DNA of 64,000 nucleotides, from contig CM022669.1 of the NCBI GenBank assembly GCA_012295275.1, forward strand, positions 1,426,001 through 1,490,000, read 5' to 3'. A program made the translations under genes and the position numbers. This document shows positions 1 through 28,908 of this stretch, piece after piece. The notes beneath the pieces are model-generated. The model was not told the DNA's origin, ran no database searches, and worked only from the letters and a program-made list of their open reading frames with translations. The stretch comes from Chrysomallon squamiferum. Taxonomy: Eukaryota > Animalia > Mollusca. Every line of letters begins with the position of its first letter. Position 1 is the stretch's first letter.

Positions 1-76
1 TGAGGAATGCCGTGTAAGAATGTAAAACAAAACCTCCTAAGAGTGAGGAATGCTGTGTAACAATGTAAAACAAAAC

Positions 77-105
<29 letters not shown>
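1..105. repeat. 43-bp tandem repeat spanning the Vps34 exon-20 donor
   Basis: The unit is the last ~29 nt of the exon plus the first ~14 nt of the intron (CTTAGGAG|GTTTTG on the minus strand). About 2.4 copies are visible and the array is truncated by the window edge. Confidence 0.9.
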
Positions 106-14800
<14,695 letters not shown>

Positions 14801-14890
14801 TTCAAAACCGGAAACAAAACAAGGGGTGCATAACTCTAAAGTATAGATTTGGACAGCTGAGGCGCTGTATGGGTTCTTATAATAATAATC

Positions 14891-14948
<58 letters not shown>

Positions 14949-15261
14949 CAACAATAATAATCATAAATAAAGAAATTAATTAATCAATTAATAAAAAACA
15001 TTCATAATAACAATCATAATAACAATAATGATAATATTAATAACAATAACAATAGCAACAATAAAATGATGATGATGATGATGATAAAGACACATATACA
15101 TATTGTTTGTGTGTAATTATTGTCATCACACACACACACACACACACATTCACAGACACATATATCAAGTTATCCCAACTATCCTTTGGACAGACATTTG
15201 GATGTTTCTGTGTGTGTTTGTATCTGTGTATACATATATATGTGTTTGTGTCTCTGTGTGA

Positions 15262-15321
<60 letters not shown>

Positions 15322-16334
15322 ATATCTATATCTATATACACACACACACACACACACACACAGAAACACATGTATACACAGATACAAACACTGTCTGTGT
15401 AAGAGATTTATAAACTGATTATTTCTGACTTACTTTCTGTTAGACTATCCCAGGGGTGAGATTATCAGTGTGAACAAAATTACAGATATCTTCTGTTCAT
15501 CTGTCATCCTACTTCTAATAAATTTATTTATTCCCAGGACAGCTTCAGTGACAATAAAAGACAAAATTAAAAACATTAATTTTTCTGGTCATGTTACGTT
15601 AAGCTGTTGATATTTATCTTTCTATACATGCTAGTTTCTTAAACGTTAATTTTAGTTTGGCAATATCAAATCATGGTAATAATGACAGCATTATCAATTA
15701 TTATTAAAATCAATAACAGTAACATTTAAAACTAAACACAGATGAGAAACATAGATGAATCAATCTGATAGAAATGTAGATGGAAATACAATTCAGTGAC
15801 AGTTTTTAATCATCATCATCATTATTATCATTTTTATTGTTGTTGATGTTGTTGTTGCTATTATTATTATTTTATTATACTAACCATAGTTTATGAGTGA
15901 AAGACAAATGTATGCTATATTCATAACAGAAGCTGTTTGCATTCTGATTAGTTAGTTATTAGAATATATATTAAATGAAGAGTATAAATTTTGTTATTGG
16001 AATGTGGAAAAACTGTGGAAGAATTGTAAGTTCCTTTTATCTGAAATATGATATTAAATCATTTTAGAGCTGCTTTAGCTGTGTTGAATAACTAATTATG
16101 TTATAAATATTCCTGTAACAACAAACAGATGTTAACAAATGTCTGTCAGTGTAGACAGATTAAAACACTTAACAAACAAATGTTAACACAGTAATGTCAG
16201 TCAGCTTCAAAGTTACCCACAAAGTGATCTTTATTGCAGTTGAATTAGCATCGTTATTCACAACTTCAACACCAAACTCAATCAAAGGCAGGAAGTGATC
16301 TAAAACACCATTTTTTAAAAAGCAGTTTTCTTTA

Positions 16335-16380
<46 letters not shown>

Positions 16381-16427
16381 CTGTGTGTATTTGTGTGTAT
16401 GTATCTATATATCTATATATCTATATC

Positions 16428-16458
<31 letters not shown>

Positions 16459-16984
16459 CAATAGATACCTATAAATATTTTTTACTGACTAGATAAATAT
16501 TTAATAAAATCTAAGCCTTATTTATATATATATATATATATTTTTTTTTTTTTTACTGCTACTCAGTAATGAGCTTCTTTTTTATTTTATTTTTTTTCTT
16601 GTGTGTGTATGGTGAACCCAGCTAGCAGAAGATTTTAAAATGTTGTAACTACTGCATGTATCAGGCCACTGTAAACACTGTCAGATGCAGAGATGAATCC
16701 AACTACACATGAAGTCAATTCTGGAATATCAAGAAAAAGTATCTATGTGTCTAAAAGTTCAATGTGAATCAATAACAGTTTGACTGTCCTACCACAACTT
16801 AGTGATTCCTGTTTATTTAACTGAAAAAAATAGTACAAAGGCAACATTCAGGTTGAATTTAAAAAAAAAAAAATAATAATAAAAGAAAATAACCCAGTGA
16901 AACAGATTGTGAAACCAAACAGATTTAAAAAAGTGAGAGAATTATTCATTTTAGTCAGCTTTTAAATATTTATTATGATCACAT

Positions 16985-18840
16985 ATTAGACATCTACTGT
17001 AGTCAACTATTAGACATATACATATTTAGTTGTTAGACAAATACTGTAGTCAAATACTGTAGTCAGCTGTTAGAAAACTATTTACTGTAGTCTGTTATTA
17101 GACATCTACTGCAGTTAGACATTATTGCAGTTTGTTATTAGACATCTACTGTAGTCTTTTATTAGATATCTATTGTGGTTTGCTATTAGACTTCTATTGT
17201 CTGTTATTAGACATCTTCCACAGACTGATGATGTAGTTGCACTGTAGTTTTGTCTTAGACTTCTACCACAGACTGCTGTTAAACATCTGTTATAGGTTAT
17301 TTATTAGACATCTACTATAGATTGCTGTTATACATCTATTGTAGTTTGCTATTGTACATCTAATGTCATCTGTTATTATACATCTGTTTCATATTAGACA
17401 TCTATTTTAGTTTGTTATCAAACATCTACTGCAGTCTTTTATTAGACATCTATTGTAGTTTATTATTATACATCTACTGTAGTCTGCTATTAGATATCTA
17501 TTGCAGTTAGATATTAGACATATACTAGTAGACTGTTATTAGATATCTATTGTAGTCTGTTATTAGACACCTATTGTTGTTTGATATCTACCTTAGTCTG
17601 CTGTTAGATATCTATTGCATATTATGAAGTTTAGACAAATCTAGTAGACTGTTATTAGATATCTATTGTAGTTTGTTATTAGACATCTATTGTTGTTATT
17701 AAACATCTATTGCAGTTTTACATTAGACATCTACTAGTAGACTGCTATGAGACATCTGTTTCAGTTTGTTATTAGACATCTATTGTTGTTATTAGACACC
17801 TATTGTAGTTTGTTATTAGACATCTATTGTTGTTATTAGACATCTATTGCAGTTTTACATTAGACATCTATTGCAGTTTTACATTAGACATCTACTAGTA
17901 GACTGCTGTGAGACATCTGTTTCAGTTTGTAATTAGACATCTATTAGAGTTTCTTATTAGACCTCTACTGTTGTTTGATGTTAGACATCTACTGTAGACT
18001 GCTGTTGGACATGTATTGTAGTTTGTTATTAGACATCTATTGTAGTTTCTTATTAGACCTCTACTATTGTTTGATGTTAGACATCTACTGGAGACTGCTG
18101 TTGGACATGTATTGTAGTTTGTTATTAGACATCTATTGTAGTTTTTATTACACATCTACTGTAGACTTCTTTAGACATCTACTGTAGTCTGTTACTAGAC
18201 ATCTATTGTAGTTTTTATTACACATCTACTGTAGACTTCTTTAGACATCTATTGTAGTTTGTTATTAGACATCTATTGTAGTTTTTATTACACATCTACT
18301 GTAGAATGCTCTTAGACATCTACTGTAGTCTGTTACTAGACATCTATTGCAGTTTATTATTAGACATCTATTGTTGTTTGTTATTAGACATCTACTTAGA
18401 CTTGTTTCTACTGTAGACTGCTGTTAGACATCTACTATATCTGCTATTAGACATCTATTGTAGTTTGTTATTATTATGTCTATTGTCAGATGTTTAATAG
18501 ACTACTATTGTAGTTTGTTATTAGACATCCATTAATTTGTTATCAGAAATCTATTGTAGTCATTATTAGACATATATTATTGTTATTAGACATCTACTGC
18601 AGTTTGTTATTAGACACCTCCTCTAGTCTGTTATTAGACATCTATTGTATTCAGCTGTTAGACATCTACTGTAGTTTGTATTAGACATCTATTGCAGTTT
18701 GTTATTAAACATCTACTGTAGACTGATGTTAGCCTTCTATTCTAGTTTGCTTTTAGATATCTATTGTAGTTTGTTATTAGACATCTACTGAAGCCTGTCA
18801 TTAGACATCTGCTGTAGTCTGTTATTAGACATCTGCAGTA
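16985..18840. repeat. ~1.85-kb degenerate ~24-bp minisatellite
   Basis: Dozens of ttattagacatctattgtagtttg-like units, with local higher-order duplications. Confidence 0.9.
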
Positions 18841-19649
18841 GACTATGAACTGTTTTATATCAGTTTTAGCAGCTGTTATCCATCCTGTGTGATAAGTCAG
18901 TACAGTTACATCATGTTAATGATACAAACTCAACATTCAGGCAAACTTATAACAGTTACATTCAGACAAACATAACAATAGTTATGTTCAGACAAACATT
19001 ACAACATTTTTATTCAGACAAACATTATATCAGTTACATTGAGACACATATTACAACATTCAAAGACATTTTAGAACAGTTATATGTTGATTTAGTTATT
19101 GATTACAAAACCAGACGTATAACCCGACTTTAGTTTAGTTTATAAACAGTATTTTGACACACAGCATAACAGCATAATAACAGTATGATATAAATAGTTT
19201 TCATTTTTATTTGTAATGACATTGTTATGTGATTAACATGAACATGAACATGAGTAAGTGTGCTTAACTTATCAAAAAATAAATAATTGTGAACATTTTA
19301 TAATGTTCTGTTGTAGGTCACAGATAGCTGCTTTCAATATCTTTTGTTTTATTTGCAAAATCCTGTAACCAATCCCTTCTGTATAATAACACTTGGAATC
19401 GTTCTGTAAAAGGTCTTCTCATTAACAATCAATAATACTCTTTCAAATGTAATCACATCCACTCGAAGTCCACCTCTTAAACACCAATACATCAGCCTGA
19501 AATAAATATCTAGCTGTTACATTCTAAAAATATATATCTTCATTTAAAACATATATATATATATATATATATAATATTATAATTACTGTAATAATAGTTG
19601 TTTTAGTGGAATTTATGAAATAACTACAACAGAAATATTTACTTTAATT

Positions 19650-19705
<56 letters not shown>

Positions 19706-19849
19706 TGTAGCTAATTATATTATCAAGACATTAACTGATAAAGTGCGTTGTGATTTACGTATTTATTAATTATTATAATAAATAAAATATAATCCAGCAA
19801 ATCATAATTTGATATTTAATTGTTTAACAAATACAATATAAATCCACCC

Positions 19850-19881
<32 letters not shown>

Positions 19882-20122
19882 CCTCAGTTTAGGTTTTACA
19901 ACCTCGACATGCATTTTCTCACAAGGTTGCAAAGTTCACGTTTTAAGTCTCGATAAATCACGTTTGTTATCTTGTAGTAGCGTCTGCCAAACGACACCCT
20001 TGGGGGTATTTTGACAAAAAGTTAAATCTGAAACCGTGAAATGTAAAGTAACACAGAGTAACTACATTGTAACAGAGAATCAAACATAAAGCAAAACACA
20101 AATGTAAATAGATAAAAATAAT

Positions 20123-20162
<40 letters not shown>

Positions 20163-20381
20163 AATATGACCAATTCTTGTTATGTTTAATCGATTATTTG
20201 TGTACGTTAAAGAAGATATTAAAACATATATTAAAAAGTGATATAAATTACTAATATATATTAAATTAAAGTTTGATGAAAAAAATATCAGTTAATTATC
20301 ATATTTAGTCATTCATCATTATAAACAGAAATTCAGTATCATTTAATTAAAATATTTAAGCCAATATAAAATTATTAGTTA

Positions 20382-20421
<40 letters not shown>

Positions 20422-20690
20422 GGCTATAACAGATATTGTAGTTTTTCGAGTAATTGCTCAGTAGGAATAAAATATATAAGTGTATCAAGATGTGGCGTAC
20501 TATTTAACCACTTGGAAGTCAAAGGATCGCGTGAATGAATTCAAAATAAAACATCGTAGATATGTTGTTGTAATTCTTTATTATTAGCAGAGTATTAATA
20601 AAGAAACAATAATTTATAAACATGTAAAATATAATCTTAATAATTACTAGAACACATAAATAAAACAAATATGATTAAACGATGACAGAA

Positions 20691-21791
20691 CTAAACACCG
20701 GAGTCGGGTTTGTCATTGTCGTCTGCTGTGTTTAGCATGGGCTCGTTTGTCACATTTGTGTTTGTTATTGATGTCATTTCTAAATGTGTACTGAGACCTC
20801 CAGTTGCGGGAGACAACTCGTCATCACAGGAGCAACAGACGTGACGTAATTCCGTGATGAGAATCCAGAAGACGGGTCGCAAGCCCGGACTAGCTGACCT
20901 CAGCCAGCTGAGAGCCTGCAGCAGTTTTAAACTCGACGTGCAGTTAGGATCGAGACAGGTGGGCAGAAATATCGAGATAGTGCCGTACGGCAACTGCATG
21001 ACGACCGTGAAGATGTTTACAAAGGTCAAGGCTACGACTATTCCCATATGTCTCTTTTTGATGACGTTAGTCGCTATTCTCCCACCCCCACTGAAGGTTA
21101 AAGAAACAAACTCTTCCAGGTCTTGAGGAAGACGCCCGATGGCTGTAGCCAGAATAAAAACTGTTAAAATGATAATAAATGCACACGGCAATAACAGTGA
21201 CACGATCAATGACGTCACTGCCGCTTCCTGCGTAATTCCGTAAATACAGAAACTGGGGCTTGGTTCCATTACTGAAGTTAACAACCAGAGAGGAATTAAG
21301 ATGGCGCTAGCTAAAATCCACGGCACCGACAATGCTGTTATTCGAAAAATCCACCTGTGAACCAATCTGAAGTAGCCAATTGGACTCAGTGCAAACAATA
21401 TCCTGTCCAAACAGAGCTCACATATAATGAGCAAAGAAACGAACGGAATCAAAACATCGAGAATCATCCATGCCTTACAGACATATATCCCAAGATTCCA
21501 CGGCTGCAGGTCAAAGTATATAGTTATAATGTCTACCAGCGTGCTGTAGAGCAGGTCACACACTGACAGACTCAGAATGTGCATGAACACGAACTGGGAC
21601 TTGATCTCGGGCCGCCACACCGTCAAAAATATGAGAACTGTGTTGAAGATTATGCTCCAAACACACGCAAAGATTCCAAATATGGCACTCTGCACAAAAC
21701 CACGTTCATGTGAGCTGTTGTGAAACTTGCTGTAGTCGATGTCGTAAAGAGGGTAGTAGACGTTAGATTCTACATTTGACGTCTCGTTCAT
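20691..21791 (-). CDS. Class A (rhodopsin-like) 7TM GPCR, aminergic-receptor-like orphan; main coding exon of 366 aa
   Basis: Uninterrupted ORF with seven hydrophobic segments. Motifs: TM1 N, TM2 SLSVCDLL, ECL1-TM3 PWNLGIYVCKAWMILDV (C3.25, D3.32), DRI, TM4 PW, TM5 LLP, TM6 QLP, TM7 RPVFW, and C-terminal CCSC. The ATG is directly preceded by a ttttctttttag acceptor. Confidence 0.92.
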   Translation of the reverse strand: MNETSNVESNVYYPLYDIDYSKFHNSSHERGFVQSAIFGIFACVWSIIFNTVLIFLTVWRPEIKSQFVFMHILSLSVCDLLYSTLVDIITIYFDLQPWNLGIYVCKAWMILDVLIPFVSLLIICELCLDRILFALSPIGYFRLVHRWIFRITALSVPWILASAILIPLWLLTSVMEPSPSFCIYGITQEAAVTSLIVSLLLPCAFIIILTVFILATAIGRLPQDLEEFVSLTFSGGGRIATNVIKKRHMGIVVALTFVNIFTVVMQLPYGTISIFLPTCLDPNCTSSLKLLQALSWLRSASPGLRPVFWILITELRHVCCSCDDELSPATGGLSTHLEMTSITNTNVTNEPMLNTADDNDKPDSGV

Positions 21792-21835
21792 CTAAAAAGA
21801 AAAAATAATAAATAAATAAATAAATAAATAAATAA

Positions 21836-21891
<56 letters not shown>

Positions 21892-24800
21892 CTAAAACTG
21901 AAAATAAAAGAAACATTTAAAGGATTTAGAAAATAATAAAAGAAAAAGAATTAACATTATTTTTAAGTCTAGAAATTTGGATGTATTTATTTCATTAAAT
22001 GTCACCGATGTATCTGAAAGTTTCTTCTCTTCTTTTATTTTGATATTATTATCTCTTCAGTAATAAAGCGTTTTTAATTTGCTGACAGTGAAATATATTT
22101 ATGTTTTTAATGTGCATTTCAAGATTGCAAAAAAAAAAGTTCTATAGTAACAAGAAATCTATTACTATTATTTATGAATTTACTTTTATTTATTTATTTA
22201 TTTATTTTTTATTTTTATTTTTTTATTTTTATTTTTATTTTTATTTTTTTTTACTTTTATCCAAAGTAGTCAGTTATTTGTAAATAATGTTTTTGAGGTG
22301 GACTAGTACTTTAAGTTTTCTCATCTCGAGTCAGTGTTCTTGCAGCTTTGTGCTGGAGGCAAAGTTAGGTATTTTTTCACTACATTAGACAAGATCTGCT
22401 GTCATACAGTCTTGACCGTCCGTTTACAGACGTCGTTGCACGCATCATTTCGTGAAGTGACCATTCTGATAAAAATATTTATCCAACCTAAGGTGATGTA
22501 ACTAACCGTGAAACAAACACCAGGAGACAATTTCCTTTCTTCTCTTTCTTTCTTTCAGACTTTCGATTTTTCTTTCTTTTTTTTTTCTTTTTTTTTTTTT
22601 TTTTTTTTTTGTTGTTGTCTTTATTTGTTTGTTTATGTGTTTGATTTGTTGGAGATTTTTATTATTATTAATTTTTTTTATCCCCACTAGTGGATCTTTG
22701 GGATTTGTACGGAATTTCGGCACGTTCGTGTTTGCGTGTGCCTATATCCGTTTCAATGCGTGTATCACTAGATTTTCTTTGCTTTTGCAATAAAATACAC
22801 ACGTTAGAACGTGCATGCTATACCCAAGTACATCCACATTTAAAACTTAATACATTGCAGCAAATACACAGAAATAAATGTATTGTTTTACAGGTACATA
22901 TAAAGTAATGGAAAATAGAAAGAGATAAAGTGTGTGGTAGAGTTGGAATATGAATTTTTCTGTGTTCGGCAAGTGAGTCGCGTGACACTGGGACATCAGG
23001 CCGCGTCTCTTTCAGACAGCTGCTTTTCCTACGTAAACATCTCATAATCAGAGTGGACGACATGAAAGACTTTCGAAATGAACTGAAGCATGTTTTAAAA
23101 AGGCTGCTGGCTACGTTGTATTAATCACATGAGATAAAAGGACGCTGCTCATTGACTGTTTACAGGGTTTTAAACACGTCTGCAATCAATAACTGACGTA
23201 TCCGAAATAAACACTGTATACAATTTTATTTATTTATTACTTATGTATTTTGCTAAAAAAAACAGTTTTAAAATATTTAACCTCTTTAGAAACATCTGTT
23301 AACAGTATTTAAAAATGTATAATCTGTCTTGAAAGCAGTGACAGCTGTAAGCTTTTTGTTTAGTATACTCGTTCTTAGCCTGCTGCTAAACTGAGGCTTA
23401 TTTTTTATACTGCTAAAATAAATCTGCACACCTTCTATTTCACTGTTTGTTTATTTGTTTTTCATAAAATTAACATATAGACTCTTTACACAGTCACACT
23501 TTAGCTTAAACGTAACATCAAAAATATCAGGTGAACCTGATTTACTGTCATCTTTATTAGAAACTTCATTTTTGTTTTGCATATATATATAGATATATGT
23601 ATGTATGTATGTATGTATGTATTATTTACAACATAAACTGCTTCGTAAATGGTCATAACGACGTGTACAAGAAATGTTTGTCCCTAACTATTTATCAGGA
23701 CGAATATGTGTGTGCACAGGTGTAATAGTATCAGATTTTGAGTCTAACCAGTGCAGAATACTTATAATTTATATATGAGTATTGTACTGTAAATGTTGTT
23801 TTATTTATCCCATTTTGTGGCCACCGCAACAAAATATGTATAATCAGTTGGTTTCAGTTACATTTGTTTATCCATATTTTATCTGTGTAATGTTTATGAA
23901 TCGTATTTATATTATTCATGTTCTCTGCTAAAGGACACATCCAGCGCCATACAATATCAATCGTTTTTACAAAGTGTTCCTTTGCCAGGCTGAGTAGACC
24001 ACCTGACTGCCACTCACATCTCGCTGTAACCGACGTGAGTTCAGCTGACAGCAATCAGCCATGTTAACAATATTTACACTGTTTTTATTTTCGTATTTCC
24101 GGCGGAAACGTGTCCGGTCGCTAATGTGAATGCGCGAGGTAACATTCTGTGAAGTCTGTGAGTAAATGAGCTTTGACGTCAACTCCATTGTTCGTCTAAT
24201 TGGAATCTAATATTTGTTTCTACATGCACAGAGAAAGTACGAATTACGAATGAGATGTGAAACCGCCTTTTGTACAACAGTCACACTTGTTACGTAACAG
24301 TGACAGGTTTGATGTTACTATTTTAAATTCTGATCATTAGTTCTGTTACTGGTCAAATGAACAAATATTCTACAGGCTTTTTTTTAACAAAAACATTCAA
24401 TAAAAATTGTAATAAATGGAAAATAAAATAACTCTACTAATTATATCAGTAATGCTTTATAAACAAACAACAAACAAACAAAAACGTAGATAAATAGAAA
24501 TATGTTTCGAAATCATAACATTTTCTTCTTTCTTTTCCCTTTTATTCACAATTTTTTTCTTACATTTTTTTTTTCAAACTAAAAGGTTAAGAATAGAATT
24601 TAATAAAGACGATAACTGTACAGAAAATAATGCCATCGGCTTGAATTTTTTTCTACTTAATTATTTTTAAACGAAACTTTTACATGTTACTTTACTGACT
24701 TCAAAAAATAAAAAAATGTTCGATGTTAGTTAATATGAATTACAAAACGTTACAGTTTTTGTCTAATGCTACTGTTATTCAACAACATCAGAGAAAACTG

Positions 24801-25009
24801 CGGAAAGCTGAAAATGTCATGTACATTAGACAGATATTATTAGGGTAATTTTGCGTTCAAAGTATCTGGTGAGTCGATATTTTTAGAATTTTTTAAAAAA
24901 ACAAAAAAAAAAAAAAAAAAAAAGAAGAAGAAAAAAAAAAAAGAGACAGAGTTTAATGCATTTCTGATGTAAGTTGACACAAAATATCGAGTATACTTTT
25001 CTTCACAAC

Positions 25010-25200
25010 TATATATATATACATATGCATACAAGCACACCCACACACACACACACACACACACACATACAGACATATATACATACATATATACATACAT
25101 ACGTACGTACGTACATGCATACATACACATATACATACATACATAGATACATACATATCCACATACATACATACATACATACATACATACATACATACAT
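25010..25200. repeat. (CA)n/(TACA)n microsatellite
   Basis: Direct inspection. Confidence 0.9.
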
Positions 25201-25399
25201 AATATTCAGAATGTTTGCATAGAATTTTCAGTTTACTTGGAATAGTTAATAAACTTAATCTTATTTACATAAAAATGTCCATTTAGGATAACAACTGGGC
25301 AGTTAGCAAGACGCCTCATAGAGTTATACTGCTGTTTAGTACGAGTAAAGATATCAACACTTGACATTAATACAGACATGTTTTACAGAGCAGTGGAGA

Positions 25400-25930
25400 A
25401 ACACTTATTTATAGAATAATTCAAGCACACAGACTTGTAGAGCAGTACAGACACTGATTTATAGAACTGTGCATACAGACTGATTTATAGAACAATACAA
25501 ACACTGATTTATAAAACATTACATACAGACTGATTTATAGAATAATACAAACACTGATTTCTAGAACAATACAAACACTGATTTATAGAATATTACATTC
25601 AGACTGATTTATAGAATATTACATTCAGACTGATTTATAGAACAATACAAACACTGATTTATAGAACAATACAAACACTGATTTCTAGAACATTACATTC
25701 AGACTGATTTCTAGAACAATACAAACACTGATTTATAAAACATTACATACAGACTGATTTATAGAATAATACAAACACTGATTTCTAGAACAAAACAAAC
25801 ACTTATTTATAGAACATTACATACAGACTGATTTCTAGAACAATACAAATACTGATTTCTAGAACAGTACAAATACTGACTTACAGACCAGTACAGACAC
25901 TGATTTACAGAATACTACATAGAGACTGAT
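25400..25930. repeat. ~23-25-bp minisatellite
   Basis: About 20 actgatttatagaac... units with two alternating tail variants. Confidence 0.88.
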
Positions 25931-26370
25931 ATATAAAAAAAAAAAAAAAAAAAAAAAAACAATCAAATAAAAATTAAAATAAACAAATGAACAAGTAAGC
26001 AAACAAACAAATAAATAAGCAAAGAAACAGGCAGACGAACAAATAAATAAATAAATAAATAAATATATATATATCTTTCGAAACAAAATTAAAGAAAAAA
26101 ACAACACAAAGATAGAATAAGATAAATAAATTCAGTTTCCACTGTTGATTTATACTACGTATACTGTGATCGTTTATTTTAGGTCTTACTGTTACTACTA
26201 CTGCTGTCATCGAATTCAATATCATCATCATCACTACCCCTCCTCCTAGTACTATTACTACCAGTAGTAGTTCTACTGTTACTACTATCTGTACTACTCT
26301 CAGTGCTGTTGTTTATAAAGTTGTTGTAGTATTGGTTTACCATCGGAAAGACATTAAAAAGAAAACTTAC

Positions 26371-26427
26371 CCGAGCCATGTGGTCGCTGAGAGAGTAATA
26401 ATAGTAAAAAACATCACTTCCCGCCAT
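26371..26427 (-). CDS. Candidate upstream first coding exon of the GPCR (MAGSDVFYYYYSLSDHMAR, or only MAR from 26379)
   Basis: A consensus donor CGG|GTAAGT at 26371/26370 is in phase 0, matching the acceptor immediately before the GPCR ATG at 21791. It sits in a CpG-rich patch with a CCAAT box upstream (about 26484-26488, minus strand). Confidence 0.45.
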
Positions 26428-26808
26428 CGCTCTCGTACATGGCAGGAAATGCCTTTCTGACGCGAAACACAACGTTAAACGCTATTGGCTCTTAGAACTG
26501 ATCGCCTCCGTTATATTGTTCAGTTAGTTGCTGTCATGACTACAACATGCCGAAACGTGAAACTACGTTTTCAAAAGCGAAAACGGTGTTGGGCAGGGTG
26601 AGTGGTAGCTCGTGCTACTTGAAGAGCGCCGGTAATCAAACAAATAACACAGTTTCTACTCAGATCAACAGTTTTAATAAAATATTAAGAAGGTTTTTGT
26701 CACAGTGCTGACATTGTTAACTGTTTGTGCTATTTCATTCGTTGTTGAAAAAAGAAATTTAAAGAAATAGTAGTAGCCATCCTTTCATATTAGTTCACAC
26801 TGTATGTT

Positions 26809-26846
<38 letters not shown>

Positions 26847-26867
26847 TATTATTATTATTATTATTAT

Positions 26868-26899
<32 letters not shown>

Positions 26900-27807
26900 A
26901 TAGTAGTAGTAGTTGTAGCAGTAGTAGTAATTACAGTAATAGTGGTATTGATTGATTTATTAATATATTATGTTTAGATATTTGTTTTCCATTACTTTTT
27001 TTTTAAATGGCTTATCAAACTCAGTGCAGTTTTCATTTACAAAGAGTATTTTTTGCTAATGATGTTAATTGGATCTGGAAATTCGAACAGCCTGGTGTTC
27101 ATTTGAAAAGATATATTAAACCTTGCTTTCATTATTTTGTGGAAATTTGAATACTACATCTTTCTGTAAGAATGCTGGGATAAAGATGATAACACTCAAA
27201 AATGTATCTCGAATTTCAAAAATAATTAATGAGAATTCATAAATAAACTTCAAAATAAAACTTGGGGTTTTTTTTATGTGCAGTTTAATCATCCTTTTAT
27301 TTAATCATTAGCATCATCATTGCTGTTAATTTAACGTGGTTATGAAACATTTCCAAATAATTATGTTAGTTCATCTGCTGTACTTTGAAACAACACAGAG
27401 TTTACTCCTCACGCAAACACACATACACCCACACGCAAACCCACAGAGGCTGTTGTTGTTGTAGTTTTTGTGTTATTATTTGTACAAAATAAAGGTTAAA
27501 CATAAATAACAAAATACTACAATATGAAGAATTTGAAGAGTTCAGAAATTTATCGACTGGTTTGGTATAAACGTGGTCAAAAACTCCTTGCTCTGTTTTA
27601 CTAATTCTTTCCACATAACCCTCAGTCCACTTACTCTGTAATTCAGTCCTAACGTGTTTATGTGCAGACATAATAAAGAACAGATCATAAAAATAAGATA
27701 AAGGTGAAAAAACAAATGACTGCTATTACCACTATTACAACTACTACTACTTCTTCTGTTACTACTACTACTATTATTACTACTACTACTAAATCATATG
27801 CTGGTAT

Positions 27808-28300
27808 CTGTGTGAGTGTATATGTGTGTCTGTGCATGTGTGTTCATGTGCGTCTGTGTGTGTGTGCCTGTGTGTCTGTGCATATGTGTGTTTGTCTGTG
27901 CATGTGTTTGTGTGTGTATATCTGTGCATGTGTGTTTGTGTGTGTATGTGTGTCTGTGCATGTGTGTCTGTGCATGTGTGCATGTGTGTTTGTGTGTATG
28001 TGTGTGTTCATGTGTGTTTATGTCTGTGTGTGTGCATGTGTGTCTGTACATATGTGTGTCTGCCTGTGTGTGTGCCTGTACATGTGTTTTTGTGTGTGTG
28101 TCTGTGCATATGTGTGTTTGTGTGTGTCTGTGTGTGTGTCTGTGCATGTGTGTTTGTGTGTATGTGTGTGTGCATGTGTATTTATGTCTGTCTGTGTGTG
28201 TGCATGTGTGTCTGTGCAAACGTGTATCTGTACCTGTGTGTGTCTGTATATGTGTGTTTGTGTGTGTCTGTCTGTGCGTGTGTGTGTGTCTGTGCATGTG
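27808..28300. repeat. Imperfect (TG)n-rich low-complexity tract
   Basis: Direct inspection. It explains the overlapping C/V- and H/T-rich ORFs. Confidence 0.9.
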
Positions 28301-28724
28301 ATTTTAGTTATTCCGGATCGGCGTAACACAGAACAGGTGTTATTTGTTGTTGTTGTATTTTTGTTTTGTTTTTATTTTATTTTTTCAAGGGAGGGGAGTT
28401 CTTCATTGATATATGTGATATTTTAAAAAAAAAACATATAAAATAAATCTTGAATCTAAATTACACATCTTACATGTCTTCATTATACACATGTCATCTT
28501 TTTGTACATGTCCTGTATCTTCGATTCACATATCTGATATCTTGGTTACAGATATCTGAAAGCTTTTACACATATCTGATTTCTGATAGTTTCAGTACTA
28601 ATATCGTTTTACACACAACTAATACATTAATTTTACGTATCTAGAAGCTGTTTATGGATATCTTCTTTACAGATATCTGAAAACTTCAGATCTATGTCTG
28701 CGCATATATGTCTACTGTCTAACT

Positions 28725-28908
28725 TTGTATGTACGTTTATGTGCGTTATCTAGACCTGTACGTACATTTATGTGCGTTATCTAGACCTGTGCTTACATTT
28801 CTGTGCGTTATCTAGACCTGTGCGTACATTTCTGTGCGTTATCTAGACCTGTACGTACATTACTGTGCGTTATCTAGACTTGTATGTACATTTCTGTGCA
28901 TTATCTAG
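28725..28908. repeat. 31-bp minisatellite, about 6 copies
   Basis: Unit gtacatttctgtgcgttatctagacctgtgc. Confidence 0.88.

Noticed and set aside
19853-19880. Poly-A run as a possible retrocopy tail
   Set aside because: No target-site duplication or recognisable body; A/T runs are common in this window.
27704-28426. Long Cys/Val- and His/Thr-rich ORFs (also at 15037-15418, 24840-25222 and 30390-31269)
   Set aside because: They are translations of (TG)n/(CA)n microsatellites, open in many frames on both strands.
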